DNA from: Mustelus asterias
Taxonomy: Eukaryota
Assembly: GCF_964213995.1 (NCBI RefSeq)
Contig: NW_027590163.1
Coordinates: 62,001-126,000 of the forward strand
Length of the DNA: 64,000 nt
Reading direction: 5' to 3'
A model generated the notes under the pieces. The model was not told where the DNA came from. It worked only from the letters and a program-made list of their open reading frames with translations, and ran no database searches. A program made the translations under genes and the position numbers. Below, piece by piece: positions 11,484 to 24,340 of the stretch (its first letter is position 1; every line of letters begins with the position of its first letter).

Positions 11484-12914
11484 TTTGAGAGTGAATTCAC
11501 CATCCACAGCCATTTATTTTGAACCCTGGTTTGAAATATTCTCACTCTGGGTTTAAGGCTTCACGGCGTAATACACAGATTTAGATCTTACCACCAAACA
11601 CCAATTCATATCCTCATCCGAGTCCCAGATTTAAATGTGGTTGTCCAAACTAGGAAACATATATAATTTGACTCTTTTTAAACCTGATTCACCACACCCC
11701 TGCCACACTAACTACAACAGATTGTGTTTGGGACCAGTTGTTCCGTTAAAGTCTGTGTTGTTCTCAATGATGACAGTTTTAACCTCTCCGTAACCTGTCC
11801 TAACACTTCTGCCCTCCAGGGGGCTCTGTTTTTCTGATGGTGACATTCCCTGTTTACCCAGTCAGCCCTTGAATTGTTTGTGAATCCAGTCACATGTCGG
11901 TTAGACTGGATCAGGGCGGCAGATTTCCTTCCTTGAAGGGAATTAGAGAACCAGATGTGTTTTTACAACAATTAATTCATGCTCATCAATATTTTTGTTG
12001 AAACGTGGTGGGATTCAAACCCAGGTCCCAAAATCATTATAATAAATAGAGAAAATGCTGGATAAACTCAGCAGGTCGGTTCTTTTCAGAACTCCAGCAT
12101 CTGCTGGATTTTCCTTTATCTCCAAATCATTCCCCTGGATTACTCCTGCTCTGGCTCTAATTCCAGTCAGCTCAGACAACAAAAACAGGTTTCACAAAAT
12201 CGCAAACATTTAAAAAAGGAGGTAGTCAAAAGGCAGGTAACTATAGGCTGGTTAGCTTAACTTCTGGAGGAGGGAAAATGCTTGGATCTATCATCAGGGA
12301 AGAAATAGCGAGACATCTGGATATAAATTGTCCCATTGGTAAGACACAGCATAGGTTCATGAAGGGCAGGTCATGTTTGACTAATTTGGTGGAATTCTTT
12401 GAGAACATTACATGTGCAGTGGACAATGGGGAACCTGTGGATGTGGTGTATCTGGATTTCCAGAAGGCATTTGACAAGGTGCCGCACCAAAGACTGCTAC
12501 ATAAGATAAAGGTGCACAGTGTTACGGGTAATGTATTAGCATGGATAGAGGATTGGTTAACTAACAGAAAGCAAAGAGTGGGGGTAAATGGGTGTTTTTC
12601 TGGTTGGCGATCAGTGACTAGTGGTGTGCCTCAGGGATCAGTGTTGGGACCGCAATTGTTTACGATTTACATCGATGATTTGGAGTTGGGGACCAAGTGT
12701 AGTGTGTCAAAATTCGCAGATGACACTAAGAGCAAAGTGTGCAGAGGATCCTGAAAGTCTGCAAAGCGATATAGATAATCTAAGTGAGTGGGCGAGGGTC
12801 TGGCAGATGGAGTACAATGTTGGTAATTGTGAGGTCATCCATTTTGGTAGGAATAACAGCAAAATGGACTATTATTTAAATGGTAAAAAATTGCAGCATG
12901 CTGCTGTGCAGAGG

Positions 12915-12992
12915 CCAAGCTGATTGGAGGAGGGAAAGCACTTCCTCCTCTATGACTTGATCTCATTTGCATCTTAGCCAAAAGGCCGAGAT
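12915..12992 (-). pseudogene. U2 snRNA 5'-end-derived fragment with non-U2 tail
   Basis: Minus strand tctcggccttttggctaagat(gcaaatg)agatcaagt matches U2 nt ~7-32 from recalled sequence. Confidence 0.7.
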
Positions 12993-13049
12993 ACTGCTTT
13001 TAAAAATTGCTTCATATGAAACATATGAAGCTTCAATGTAACCTAATGA

Positions 13050-13756
13050 CCTCAAACAAACCTCTGCAAGACGTGCCGGATCATTGACACGGATGCCATC
13101 ATCTCACGTGAGAACACCATCTACCAGGTACACGGTACCTACTCTTGCAACTCGGCCAACATTGTCTACCTGATACGCTGCAAGAAAGGATGTCCCGAGG
13201 CATGGTACATTGGGGAAACAATGCAGACACTACGACAACGGATGAATGAACACCGCTCGACAATCACCAGGCAAGACTGTTCTCTTCCTGTGGGGGAGCA
13301 CTTCAGCAGTCACGGGCATTCAGCCTTGGATCTTCAGGTAAGCGTTCTCCAAGGCGGCCTTCACGTCACACGACAGCGCAGAGTCGCTGAGCAGAAACTG
13401 ATAGCCAAGTTCTGCACACATGAGGACGGCCTAAACCGGGATGTTGGATTTATGTCACATTATCAGTAACACCCACAGCTTGCCTCCTGGGCTTGTAGAA
13501 TCTTAATAGCTGTTCTGTCTGGAGACAATACACATTTCTTTAACCCGTGTTTACTGTTCCCCCCACCCACATTGTCTGTACCTTTAAGACCTGGCTGGAG
13601 GATTCACATTCTAATCAGTATTCTGCAATTTGATTTTGCACTGTTTGAGAGCACATTTCCACTCCATCTGACGAAGGAGCAGTGCTCCAAAAGCTTATGG
13701 TATTTGCTACCAAATAAACCTGTTGGACTTTAACCTGGTGTTGTGAGACTTCTTAC
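13050..13756 (+). mobile_element. Penelope-like element 3' part: GIY-YIG endonuclease coding region plus LTR
   Basis: CKTC...NIVYLIRCKKGCPEAWYIGETMQTLRQRMNEH...EHF; LTR with hammerhead-like motif ~13664-13700 (GAAA mutated to AAAA). Confidence 0.9.
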
Positions 13757-14467
13757 GCTGTGCAGAGGGACAGGGGTGTCCTTGTGCAGGAATCTCAAAG
13801 AGTTGGTTTGCAGGTGCAACAGGTAATTAAGAAGGCAAATGGAATTTTGTCCTTCATTGCTCGAGGGATGGAGTTTAAAAACAGCGAGATTATGTTGCAG
13901 CTGTATAAGGTGCTGGTGAGGCCACACCTGGAATACTGTGTACAGTTTTGGTCTCCTTACTTGAGAAAGGATATACTGGCACTGGAGGGGGTGCAGAGGA
14001 GATTCACGAGGTTGATTCCGGAGTTGAGAGGGTTGGCTTATGAGCAGAAACTGAATAGACTGGGGCTATACTCATTGGATTTCAGAAGAATGAGGGGAGA
14101 TCTTATAGAAACATATAAGATTATGAAGGGAATAGATAAGATAGAAGCAGGGAAGTTGTTTCCACTGGCGGGTGAAACTAGAACTTGGGGGCATAGCCTC
14201 AAAATAAGGGGAAGCAGATTTAGGACTGAGTTGAGGAGGAACTTCTTCACACAAAGGGTTGTGAATCTGTGGAATTCCCTGCCCAGTGAAGCAGTTGGGG
14301 CTACCTCATTGAATGTTTTTAAGGCAAGGATAGATAAATTATTGAACAGTAAAGGAATTAAGGGCTATGGTGAGCAGGCGTGTAAGTGGAGCTGAGTCCA
14401 CAAAAAGATCAGCCACGAGGCTCGAGGGGCCAGATGGCCTACTCCTGCTCCTAGTTCTTATGTTCTT

Positions 14468-14560
14468 CCCACAATTCCCACATTTCCATGGCATCTCCCT
14501 GTGACTGCAATTATGTTCCAAAAGGCCAGATGATTGGTTGAAGCTTTCACCACACCTGAC
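14468..14560 (-). pseudogene. ZNF relic truncated by CR1 tail
   Basis: CGESFNQSSGLLEHNCSHREMPWKCGNCG then CR1 tail. Confidence 0.6.
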
Positions 14561-14949
14561 TAAACCTCTGACTAACCTGAGTAAAACTGAGGATAAAGTA
14601 TTGGTGTCTGTAAGGGCTAAAACAATACCCTTGGCTTCCTTGCAGATCTGTGGCACCAAGTTCAAGACTCCTTCATGAATCATCCTCTTGGCCTCTTGCC
14701 TGTCAACTGTCCATGAGAATCTCATGTTTCAGAATGTTCACTGCTCATTCTTCCAGACCTAATGAGTATAGGTGCAACCTTTCTCCAAAAGACAACGAGT
14801 TGGATTCTGTGGGATCACTTCCCCAAAACTGGAGAATCCCCCCCTGAGGTCAGAGGACCCCCCGGCCTGCTACGGTTCCTGTGGTGGGTGGGATGGGAGA
14901 ATTCTCCCCTACACCTTCACAACCTTTCCTCAAAAGCCAACACCTTCAT

Positions 14950-15420
14950 CTTAGGAATGGGCCTGGTGAACTTTCTCTGAACTCATTCCAATGAAAGCAT
15001 GTCATTCCATAAGTAGGGAGACCAAAACCGCACACAGTATTCCAGCTGCTATCTCAGCAATGTCCTGTGTAGGTGCAGCAAGTTCCCTTTTTCAAACTCC
15101 ACCCCCTTGCAGTAAAGTCCAACACTCCATTTGCCGCCTTCTTTACTTGCTGTACCTTCATCCTACTTTTTCACGATTCATGTACAAGGACACCCAGATT
15201 CCTCTCTACGGCAGTATTCTTCAGTTTCTGTATATTTATAAATTGTTTGCTTCTCTATTCTTCCTGCCAAAGTGGAAAAGCTCCCACTTTCCTGCACTAT
15301 ACTCCATCTGCCATTTTTCTGTCCATTCAGGTAACTTATCTGTGTCCCTTCCAGATTTTTTGTAACAACCTCACAACTTGCTTTTCTACCTATCTTTGTA
15401 TCATCAATTCTGGCTTCATC
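14950..15420 (-). mobile_element. Old degenerate CR1 fragment
   Basis: DDTKIG... and CR1-like post-RT nucleotide motifs with frameshifts. Confidence 0.6.
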
Positions 15421-16142
15421 CAAGTCATTGATCAAGGTGGCTGTTTTTCTCTCTCTCAGTTGTGGGTGATTTTTGTCTCTATTCTCCTGGAAACTGAATG
15501 AATCTTGTTCCAAACTGGGTTCAATATCAGATATTTCAGGGAGTCAGGAATCATTCGCCCCTGAACCTACACTGGTAAAACCCCAGGCAGTTCCTCAGTG
15601 AGGATTTTTCTGGTTCCTCACCATATATTAGTCAGGATACTGAAACCCAACTTTTTTACAGTCCACTCCTGGAGGCCCCACTCCCTGAGCCGACAACATT
15701 CAGCAGTGTCAGTGCTGAAGTTTCACAGTGGGAGTGATTCCCAGAGTAACTGTCAATCATATCACCATTGATGTCCAGGTTTGTGTATTTTTAGTTATCC
15801 TGATGTCTAACACACACACATCAATAAAACAGGGAATTCCTGCAAACAAACTGCAGCTTCTTCTCTATCTGGAGATCCAATGTTTGTTGAATAATTGTCC
15901 CAGCGGTTAACAGGCTCCTGTGAACTCATCCAACTCGTATTTTAATACTGACTTTAACAAATATATTTTAAATAGGTTTATTTTAAATGAGTTAAAACCA
16001 GCCTTAAAATGGTAGATAGAGAATAATAACCATAGTACTTTTCAGACTGGAAACTTTAACCTGCTGTTTCACTTTGATTTAGGAGCAGATCCCAGTTTTA
16101 CACCAATCTCTGATTCATGTATCCAGCATTCACCGTCATTCT

Positions 16143-16318
16143 AAAAACAGAAGTTGCTGCAAAATCTCAGTAAGTCTGACACAATCTGTAAAGACAGGAA
16201 CAGTTAATGTTTCCAGTTGAATGTGACTCTTCTTCAGTGTCAAAACATTAGATCTGTTTCTCTCTCCAGAGATGCTGTCAGACCTGCTGAGTTTTTACAG
16301 CACTTCTTGTTTTTATTT
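16143..16318. mobile_element. Degenerate fold-back family-B LTR element
   Basis: Imperfect inverted arms of the cagagatgctgtcagacctgctgag repeat. Confidence 0.6.
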
Positions 16319-16458
16319 ACGAGTTCAGGACTCAGACAAGACAATCCACAATACAAATCTTACAACTGGGCTCGGGTTTATTAACATCAGCAGAAACAGA
16401 CACCAATGAAAATGGTTGGGACCTCGATGTGATTAACAGCAAAATCCAGTCCTTGCAG

Positions 16459-16964
16459 TCACTCGTGAACCTGATGGTGTTTCAGCAGGTGAGGTGACTG
16501 AGTGAATCCCTTCCCACACACGGAGCAGGTGAATGGCCTGTCCCCAGTGTGAATTCGCTGGTGTGCCTGCAAGTTGGATGACTGAGCAAATCCCTTCCCA
16601 CACTGAGAGCAGGTGAACGGCCTCTCCCCAGTGTGAACTCGTTGGTGTCTCAGCAGGCTGGATGGATCACAGAATCCCTTTCCACACTGAGAGCAGGTGA
16701 ATGGCCTCTCCCCAGTGTGAACTGGCTGGTGTCTCAGCAGGCTGGATGAATCACCGAATCCCTTCCCACACTGAGAGCAGGTGAACGGTCTCTCCCCAGT
16801 ATGAATGCGCTCGTGTGCCCGCAGGCTGGATGACCGAGTGAATCCCTTCCCACACTGAGAGCAGGTGAATGGCCTCTCCCAGTGTGGCTGCGCCGATGAG
16901 CTTCCAGCTGTGATGGGGCTCTGTATCTCTTCCCACAGTCCCCACATTTCCATGGTTTCTCCAT
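16459..16964 (-). pseudogene. C2H2 ZNF (ZNF-C), 6 fingers, frameshifted after finger 1
   Basis: MEKPWK finger 1 and fingers 2-6 are in different frames (linker cacactgggagagg vs normal cacactggggagagg). Confidence 0.8.
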
Positions 16965-18711
16965 GGTGCAGGTGTCCTTGCCTCTCCCTTGGGTGGACAA
17001 TCAGTTGAAGCCTCGTCCACACACAGAACACGGGTACCGCCTCTACCCGCTGTGAATGGTGTGGTATTTATTCAGGCTGTGTAACTGGTTAAAGCTCTTT
17101 AGTCCGAGCACTAGAACACTCTCACTCGAGTGTGGCAGTGTGTTGGTGCTTTTCCAGTCACACTGATGTTTGAAATCTTTTCAAATCAACAGACTGGACA
17201 ATCATTTCTCCTTCTAGATTCAAAGGCCGATGATATTCAGCTCCCAAGGAATATGACTCTGTCAGATCTAGACGTGACGTTTGAGATTTCGGCCTGTGAT
17301 TCCTCTTTCAATATCCTGTAAAATGAGTTTACAAAAGTCATCAGTGTCAGTACAGGATAGAAATTCAGAACAGACAATTTCTATGGAACATTCTTTCCTC
17401 TCTCATTCCTCAAAAGCTGTAAATCTCCATCCCACACACTCTCCCTCCATTCTCACTCTGCTGTATCTAATATTCACCCTCCCAATTCTCCTGAAGGTGC
17501 TGATTGAGGCTGATTGACAGATCCATGCTCATTGCTTCCTGTCCTGGACACAGAGACCATAACAAATTGGAGCTGCAGTCGGCCATTTGGCTCATCGAGC
17601 CTTTTAAACTATTCAATGAGATAATTCATTCATCTACCTCAGCATCATTCTCCCCACACTAAACCCATATCCCTTGATATCTTCAATATCGAGAAACCAA
17701 TCAATCTCTCTCTTGAAAATAGTTGATGACTGAGGCTTCACTGTCCTCAAGGGTTGAGAATTCCAAATCTTTACCACATCCTTGAGTGAAGAAATCCCCC
17801 CACATCTTAGCTTTTGCTCCATCTTCTTGTCTGTTCCCCAAAACCTTTGACACCCTTGTCAGTCAAAAATCTGTCTAACTGGAATATATTCAATGATCCT
17901 CAGCCTCCACTGGTCCCTGTGGAAGAGAAATCCAAAAGACTAACAATCCTCTGAGGGAAGAGATGTCTGGAAAGATATAACGTAGCTACAGTTCCATATT
18001 ACAAAATATTCAGATCCCAAGGAATATGACTGTCTCGATGTGACAGTTGAGATTTTTGCCTGTGATTCCTCGTTCAAAATCTTGTGAAATGAGTTTGCAA
18101 AAGTCATCACAGTTAATATAGGATAGAAATTCAGAGCAGACAATTCTAGTTTCTATGGAACATTCTTTCCTATTTCATTCCCAAAAAGTTGTAAATCTCC
18201 ATCCATATCAATGGATTCTCATCTGGTGTTGTGAGACTTCTTACTGTGCTTACCCCAGTCCAACGCCGGCATCTCCACACTCTGAGTGGAAACAGAGAGA
18301 AGTAGGAGAGGCCGGAGGTGAAGAGAGAGATTTTATTCATCAACAACTCAACAGGAACTTTGACAGAATTTCCAAACCCTGTGAACACCATCAGCTCCAA
18401 GTTCCTCTCCAACCCACACACCATCCTGACTTGTCTGACATCCAGTACTGAAAGAACAGAAATTTATTTCATATAAATACTGGGAAGACTGAACCCATTG
18501 TGTTCAGTCCCCACTATGAACTCCACTCCCTCACCAACAACTTTATCTCTCCTCCTGGCAACTGTCTGAGGCTGAACCAGGCTGTTCACAACCAGGGTGA
18601 AATAGTTCATCTCAAGATGAGCTTCCAGCCACATGTCCACATCATCATCAAGACCACCTGCATTCATAGAAGCATTAATAGTAATTAATTAAAAGTAATG
18701 AATAATAAAAT

Positions 18712-19005
18712 ACAGTGTAGAAGGAGGCCATTCAGCCCATCGAGCCTGCACCGACAACAATCCCTATCCAGGCCCTATCCACATATTTACCTGTTAATCC
18801 CCCGATACCAAGTGGCAATTTATCATGGCCAATCCGTCTAACCGGCACATCTTTGGACTGTGGGAGGAAACCGGAACACTCGGAGGAAACCCACACAGAC
18901 ACGGGGAGAATGTAGAAACTCTGCACAGACAGCGACCCGAGGCTGGAATCGAACCCGGGTCCCTGGCGCTGTTAGGCAGCTGCACTAACCACTGTGCCAC
19001 CGGGC
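18712..19005 (-). mobile_element. tRNA-derived SINE (duplicated copy)
   Basis: Paralog of 6645-6936. Confidence 0.8.
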
Positions 19006-19058
19006 CACATGTCAGTGCCATCGCCCGACTCCAGCCCAGTCTCAGCTCATCAGGAACC

Positions 19059-19166
19059 CTCACCCATTCCATTGTGACGTCACACCCTCACCCATTCCAT
19101 TGTGACATCACACTCTCACCCATTCCATTGTGACGTCACACGCTCACCCATTCCATTGTGACGTCA
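19059..19166. repeat. 28-bp tandem repeat x4 with three TGACGTCA sites
   Basis: Paralog of 6991-7098. Confidence 0.85.
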
Positions 19167-19399
19167 GGGCTTCACTCTCCGATCACAATCCCTGCCGGCC
19201 TCCCACATGCAGCCTCAATGGCGGCAGTCAGCCCGGGTCTAACACTACAAGCTGCTGCTCCATTGGGTACAAAGGGGGGGACCGGGAAGTTCATTTCCGG
19301 GGCTTGGGTTTGAACAACATGTTTACGAAGCCTCTCCACCCACCCGCCACATTTATCATTCCCCGCGCGCCGCCCTCTACCTGGTATTGATCTCGCTTC

Positions 19400-19580
19400 C
19401 GAGTTAAAACCGCCTGTCCGTCGCCATTACCCGCACTTCCTGCCCCTCATTCACTCCGAATGGTTGGAGGACCAGCCGCTCCCGCTCGGTCCTCCAGCCC
19501 TGCCCCCTCTTCCTATTGGTCCGGAGCTGCCGTCAATCAGTCCCGGGGCATTGTGATGTGGAGCATGCGCAGTGTCATTG
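19400..19580. promoter_or_regulatory. Bidirectional promoter between ZNF-C and ZNF-D
   Basis: Same CCAAT/ETS/NRF1-like motifs; one copy of the ~59-bp unit that is doubled at 7368-7500. Confidence 0.65.
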
Positions 19581-20573
19581 CTGTCCTTGGCGCTTGTTTG
19601 TCCCGGAGAAGCGGAGTCAGCGTTAGGCGGTGGCTGGGAGGATTTGGAAACACTTTGTGGATCCGCAAACCCTTCAGAATCATTGTCAGCTCCCTGGTTT
19701 GCAGCTGCGGGGCTTCTCCCTCCCTCCCTCCCGGGAACAGGCCCAGGTTAACGGCCCCATCCTGGCTCAGCCACTGGAGGATGGTTCACATCAGAGGATG
19801 GGGGAGGGGGACAATAAATATGAGGTTACACTTTGGCCTCAAATCAATGAGGACTCTGATCTCTGGGAAGGAAGGAAACCCTGGGAGGTGGGCGGGGAGG
19901 ATTCACAAACACCCGCTGGAGGCCCCAACACCCCCAATAAGACCCATTGGTTTTATTGTCAGTCTGCAGACTGGAGCTGGAGAACTGAACCCAGACAGAG
20001 GAGAGGGAGGGAGAAAACTGGGAGTGGAGGAAAGAAATGGTGAGATGGGTTTGGATTTCAGCCCAGGGAGGAGGGAGAGTGTGTGGGACAGGGATTTACA
20101 GATTTTGGGGAACAAGAAAGGAAAAAATGTCCCAGAGAAACTAGAATTGTCTGTTCAGGATTTCTATCCTGGACTGACGCTGATGACTTTTCCAAATTTT
20201 TTTTAACAGGATATTGGAAGTGGAGGATTGGCAGACAGAAAACTCAAACCGAACATCATGACTGGCAAAGTCATTTTGTTCATTAGGAGCTGAATATCAT
20301 TGGTCTTTGAATATGGGAGGAGAAATATTTGACTCTTCTGTCTGTCGGCAAAGATTTTAAACATCAGTGTGACCGGAAAAGCATTGAAACAAACACACAC
20401 CCGATTGAGAGTGTTCCAGTGAACTGACTGTGGAAAGAGCTTTAACTAGTCCACAGCCTGAAAAAACATCACACAGTTAAGTTCACAGCAGGGTGAAATT
20501 ACATGTATGTTGTGTGTGTGGACGAGGTTTCAATTGATCATCCAACCTGGAGAAACACAAGGGCACCAGCACC

Positions 20574-21554
20574 ATGGAGAAACCGTGGAAATGTGTGGAG
20601 TGCGGGAAAGGATTCCATTTCCCATCACAACTGGAAGTTCATTGGTGCAGTCACACTGGGGAGAGACCGTTCACCTGCTCTGTGTGTGGGAAGGGATTCA
20701 CCCATTCATACAACCTTCTGACTCACCAACGGGTTCACACTGGGGAGAGGCTGTTCACCTGCCCTGTGTGTGGGAAGGGATTCACTCGCTCATCCGACAT
20801 TGTGACACACCAACTTGTTCACACTGATGAGAGACTGTTTACATGTTCTGACTGTGAGAAGAGTTTTAAATGCAAAAAAGATCTGCTGACACACCAACGT
20901 ATTCACACTGGGGAGAGACCGTTCACCTGCTCTGTGTGTGGGAAAGAATCCATTCAGTCATCCCACCTGCAGACACATCAACTTGTTCACTCTGACAACA
21001 AACTTTTTAATTGTTCTGACTGTGAGAAGGGCTTTAAAAACAAAAAGGATCTGCTGACGCACCAATATACTCACACTGGGGAGAGGCCATTCACCTGCTG
21101 TGTGTGTGGGAAGGGATTCAGCTGCCCATCTGCCCTATTGAACCACCAGAGAATTCACACTGGGGAGAGGCCCTCCACCTGCTCCAACTGTGGGAAGGGA
21201 TTCATTAATTCATCCAACCTTCTGATACACCAGCAGTTCCATACAGGAGATAGACCGTTCACCTGCTCTGAATGTGGGAAGGGATTCACCCGTTCATACA
21301 ACCTTCTGACACACCAGCGAGTTCACAGTGAGGAGAGGCCATTCATTTGCTCCGTATGTGGGAAGGGATTCACTCTTTCACCCAACCTATTGAACCACCA
21401 GCGAGTTCACACTGGGGAGAGGCCGTTCACCTGTAATGTCTGTGGAAAGGGATTTATTCAGTCATCCCACCTGCTAACACACCGGCGAGTTCACAAGGGA
21501 CTGCAAGGTTTGGATTCTACACTTATCGATGCTGTGAATCATATCCAGGTCTGA
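20574..21554 (+). CDS. C2H2 zinc-finger protein (ZNF-D), 11 fingers
   Basis: 326-aa intact ORF; acceptor ttttaacag|gatatt at ~20209. Confidence 0.9.
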   Translation: MEKPWKCVECGKGFHFPSQLEVHWCSHTGERPFTCSVCGKGFTHSYNLLTHQRVHTGERLFTCPVCGKGFTRSSDIVTHQLVHTDERLFTCSDCEKSFKCKKDLLTHQRIHTGERPFTCSVCGKESIQSSHLQTHQLVHSDNKLFNCSDCEKGFKNKKDLLTHQYTHTGERPFTCCVCGKGFSCPSALLNHQRIHTGERPSTCSNCGKGFINSSNLLIHQQFHTGDRPFTCSECGKGFTRSYNLLTHQRVHSEERPFICSVCGKGFTLSPNLLNHQRVHTGERPFTCNVCGKGFIQSSHLLTHRRVHKGLQGLDSTLIDAVNHIQV

Positions 21555-22464
21555 ATCATATTCACTCTGACTTTTTTCTTCTGTTGAGGTTCGATATTCT
21601 GAATAAATGTGAAATACACATTTAATTGAATTATTGTTGTAGATTTTTGTCTTTTCCATTTGAGTGTTTAACGTCACCAGGCTGGAGCTCAGAAAGGGCA
21701 ATCTGAGGGACGATCATACAGTAGGAACAGAACTTAATTCTTGACACAGTCCTTCAGGGTCACGCTGAGAGGGTCACACAGCACTTTGGTCTTTTTCGGC
21801 ACTTTTTCACTGACAGCAAAGTCCCCGTGTGGGTGAATCCTGAGGTGTGTAAGAAATGTGTCCCAGTTGCTCTTTTCCATGGTTCAGAGCTCCTAGACAC
21901 GGAACAGAAGCTCCTTTACAACTGTGTTTAGAGTCAGGAAGAACAACGGTGAATGCTGGAAACGTGCTGTCAAAGATTGGTGTAAAACTGGGATCTATTC
22001 GTGACTGAGAGTGAAATGGCAGGTTTAGATTTCCAGACTAAAAATGAAAAAAAGTCTAAAACATTTTAATGTGTGTGTGCATCAGTCCTGGTTTATTGAA
22101 CAGAAACTGGCTTCAAATAAATTGGTTGAAGTCTGCATTAAAGTAGCAGCTGGAGACGTTCAAAGGAGCCTGTTAACTGCTGGGACAATGAGACAACAAT
22201 TTGATTCCCAGATAGAGAAGAAGCTGCAGTGTTTGTCCAAGAATTCTCAGTTTTGTTGTGTGCTTCCCACACACTATCCTTTCAAATAAACCTCACTCCT
22301 ATCAGCCTTTAACCATTATGAACAGAACAGAGAGAAGCTGAGCAGCATCAGAGCCCTGACTGACCATTTTAGAATGAGTGATGTGTTCAGCTGAAGTTTC
22401 CTGTTGGTAGTTTTCTGGGTGATCTCCCTATTTTGATCATTCTCAGTGACCCCTGGGTGTGAAC

Positions 22465-22975
22465 CTGCTCTCCTCTCTTTCAGACATTCACTCACTCAAC
22501 ATCTCCTCTCTCTCAGAAACTCAATCACTTAACATCTCTCATCTCTCTCACACTCACTGAACGTCTCTCTCTCTCTCCAGGCATTCACTCACACCTTACC
22601 TTCCACCTCTCTTACACTCTAACCTCGCTCCTCTCTCATTTTCACTTAACCTCTCTCCTCTCAGAAACTGTCTTCATCACTTAATGTCTCTCTATCTTTC
22701 TTTCAAACACTCACTCATTTAACCTTCCTATTTCAGATAATGCTTAAACTTATTCATTGTTTTCTCTCTCTCATTATCTCTCTCTGAAAAAGCACAAACA
22801 CACTTCATCTCTCTTCGCTGTCTGAGAAAACATCTAATTGATGGAGATTCAATCCTCTCTGTTTCTCTCTCCCACTTCCTCTGACAGGCCCTGACTCACT
22901 TTAAATCTCCTCTTTTCTAATAACCCTCTTTGGGAAAACTCATTTGTTCTCTAATTCCTCCTCATTTCTCCCAGT
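22465..22975. repeat. CT-rich low-complexity tract
   Basis: Recurrent ctctct and cactcact motifs. Confidence 0.6.
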
Positions 22976-23436
22976 GATGACCCTCAGTCCATCTCCCAAT
23001 TCAGTGAATGTGTTAAAAATCCAAATGATCTCCTTTCTTTATTGTTTAAAATGGGAATGGAGCTGAATGTAATGCTGAGACTGGTAGCAATCTGTGTGGT
23101 TGTTCTTGATGCTGTCAGAGTGAGTTCACCCTCACAGGAAGGAAGACTGTTCACGGTGATAACATCAAACTGACGCCGGCTGTTTCATTCTCGGGTAACA
23201 CAACTTCCTGTCTCTCTGCTGCCGGTTCAAAAACGCACATCTCAGTTCTGAGCAGAAAATAAATCCAGGGACAACAATCTGTTAAGAACATCTGTCAATG
23301 CGGCCTTTATCTGTCCACAGAGTCAGGGCGGAGTCACACAGGTCACATTGTGGTGACATTTACAAATGAGTCAGTTATTTCTGTTCAGAGTTTCCATTCG
23401 CAGATATAGCCAGCTGTGTCTGTGGATCAGTTACTG

Positions 23437-23779
23437 AATCATAGAAACCCTACAGTGCAGAAAGAGGCCATTCGGCCCATCGAGTCTGCACCGACCACAA
23501 TCCCACCCAGGCCCTACCCCCATATCCCTACATATATTTACCCGCTAATCCCTCTAACCTACACATCTCAGAAAACTAAGGGGCAATTTTAGCATGGCCA
23601 ATCAGCCTAACCCACACATCTTTGGACTGTGGGAGGAAACCGGAGCACCCGGAGGAAACACACGCAGACATGAGGAGAATGTGCAAACTCCACACAGACA
23701 GTGGCCCAAGCCGGGAATCGAACCCAGGTCCCTGGAGCTGTGAAGCAGCAGTGCTAACCACTGTGCTACCGTGCCACCC
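23437..23779 (-). mobile_element. tRNA-derived SINE (HE1-like)
   Basis: Full head-to-tail match to 3486-3824. Confidence 0.85.
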
Positions 23780-24340
23780 ACTGGACAGTTCACTCATCTT
23801 TGTGACATTCTGAATGTTTCTCTCCTAAAGTTTTAATATTTGAACTTTTCGGTCATAATGTGTCTCAAACAGAAGATTAAAATATTGTGTTTGATGAGCT
23901 GTCAGATCTCTTTCCTGTGTGTCTGTGTAACTTGCGAACTGGAGATAACCATGAGGAGGAACTGATTATTTTCAGTTCCTCTAACAGACACACCTCAGAT
24001 ATCAGAAATCTCAGGAGATCCACATGTCTTCATTATTCTCGCCTTGACTATAACAGCTCTCAGTCAGGCCGAGTCAGTCACATGTGTCTCTGTCATGATG
24101 TTTCCACTTGTATTTTATCACTCACTTCCCAGTGACACTCACCATAACACAGACACCTTAAAATATCATTGTTCCCTTACACTTTGTCCTCCTATTATAA
24201 TCAAATGTTTGTTGGGCCTCTTGTCTCCCTTAATGTCAGATTACCTGCAGTTAAAATGACCTCAGAGACACTGAAACCGACCTTTGTGATTGTTATACCA
24301 GACTCCAATCAGCCCCAGGAGCTGCAGTTGTAAAATACAG

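Larger units (their letters stand above)
12205..14467 (+). mobile_element. 5'-truncated CR1 (RT to 3' tail) interrupted by Penelope/U2 composite insertion
   Basis: [28 protein letters not shown]; resumes at 13757; tail ctcctagttcttatgttctt. Confidence 0.9.
16945..20070 (+). repeat. Segmental duplicate of ~4870-8230
   Basis: Colinear, near-identical text incl. SINE, CRE repeats and promoter; offset ~12 kb. Confidence 0.9.

Noticed and set aside
19460-20206. 248-aa ORF across the promoter
   Set aside because: GC-rich promoter/intron sequence, no domain, frameshifted in the paralogous copy
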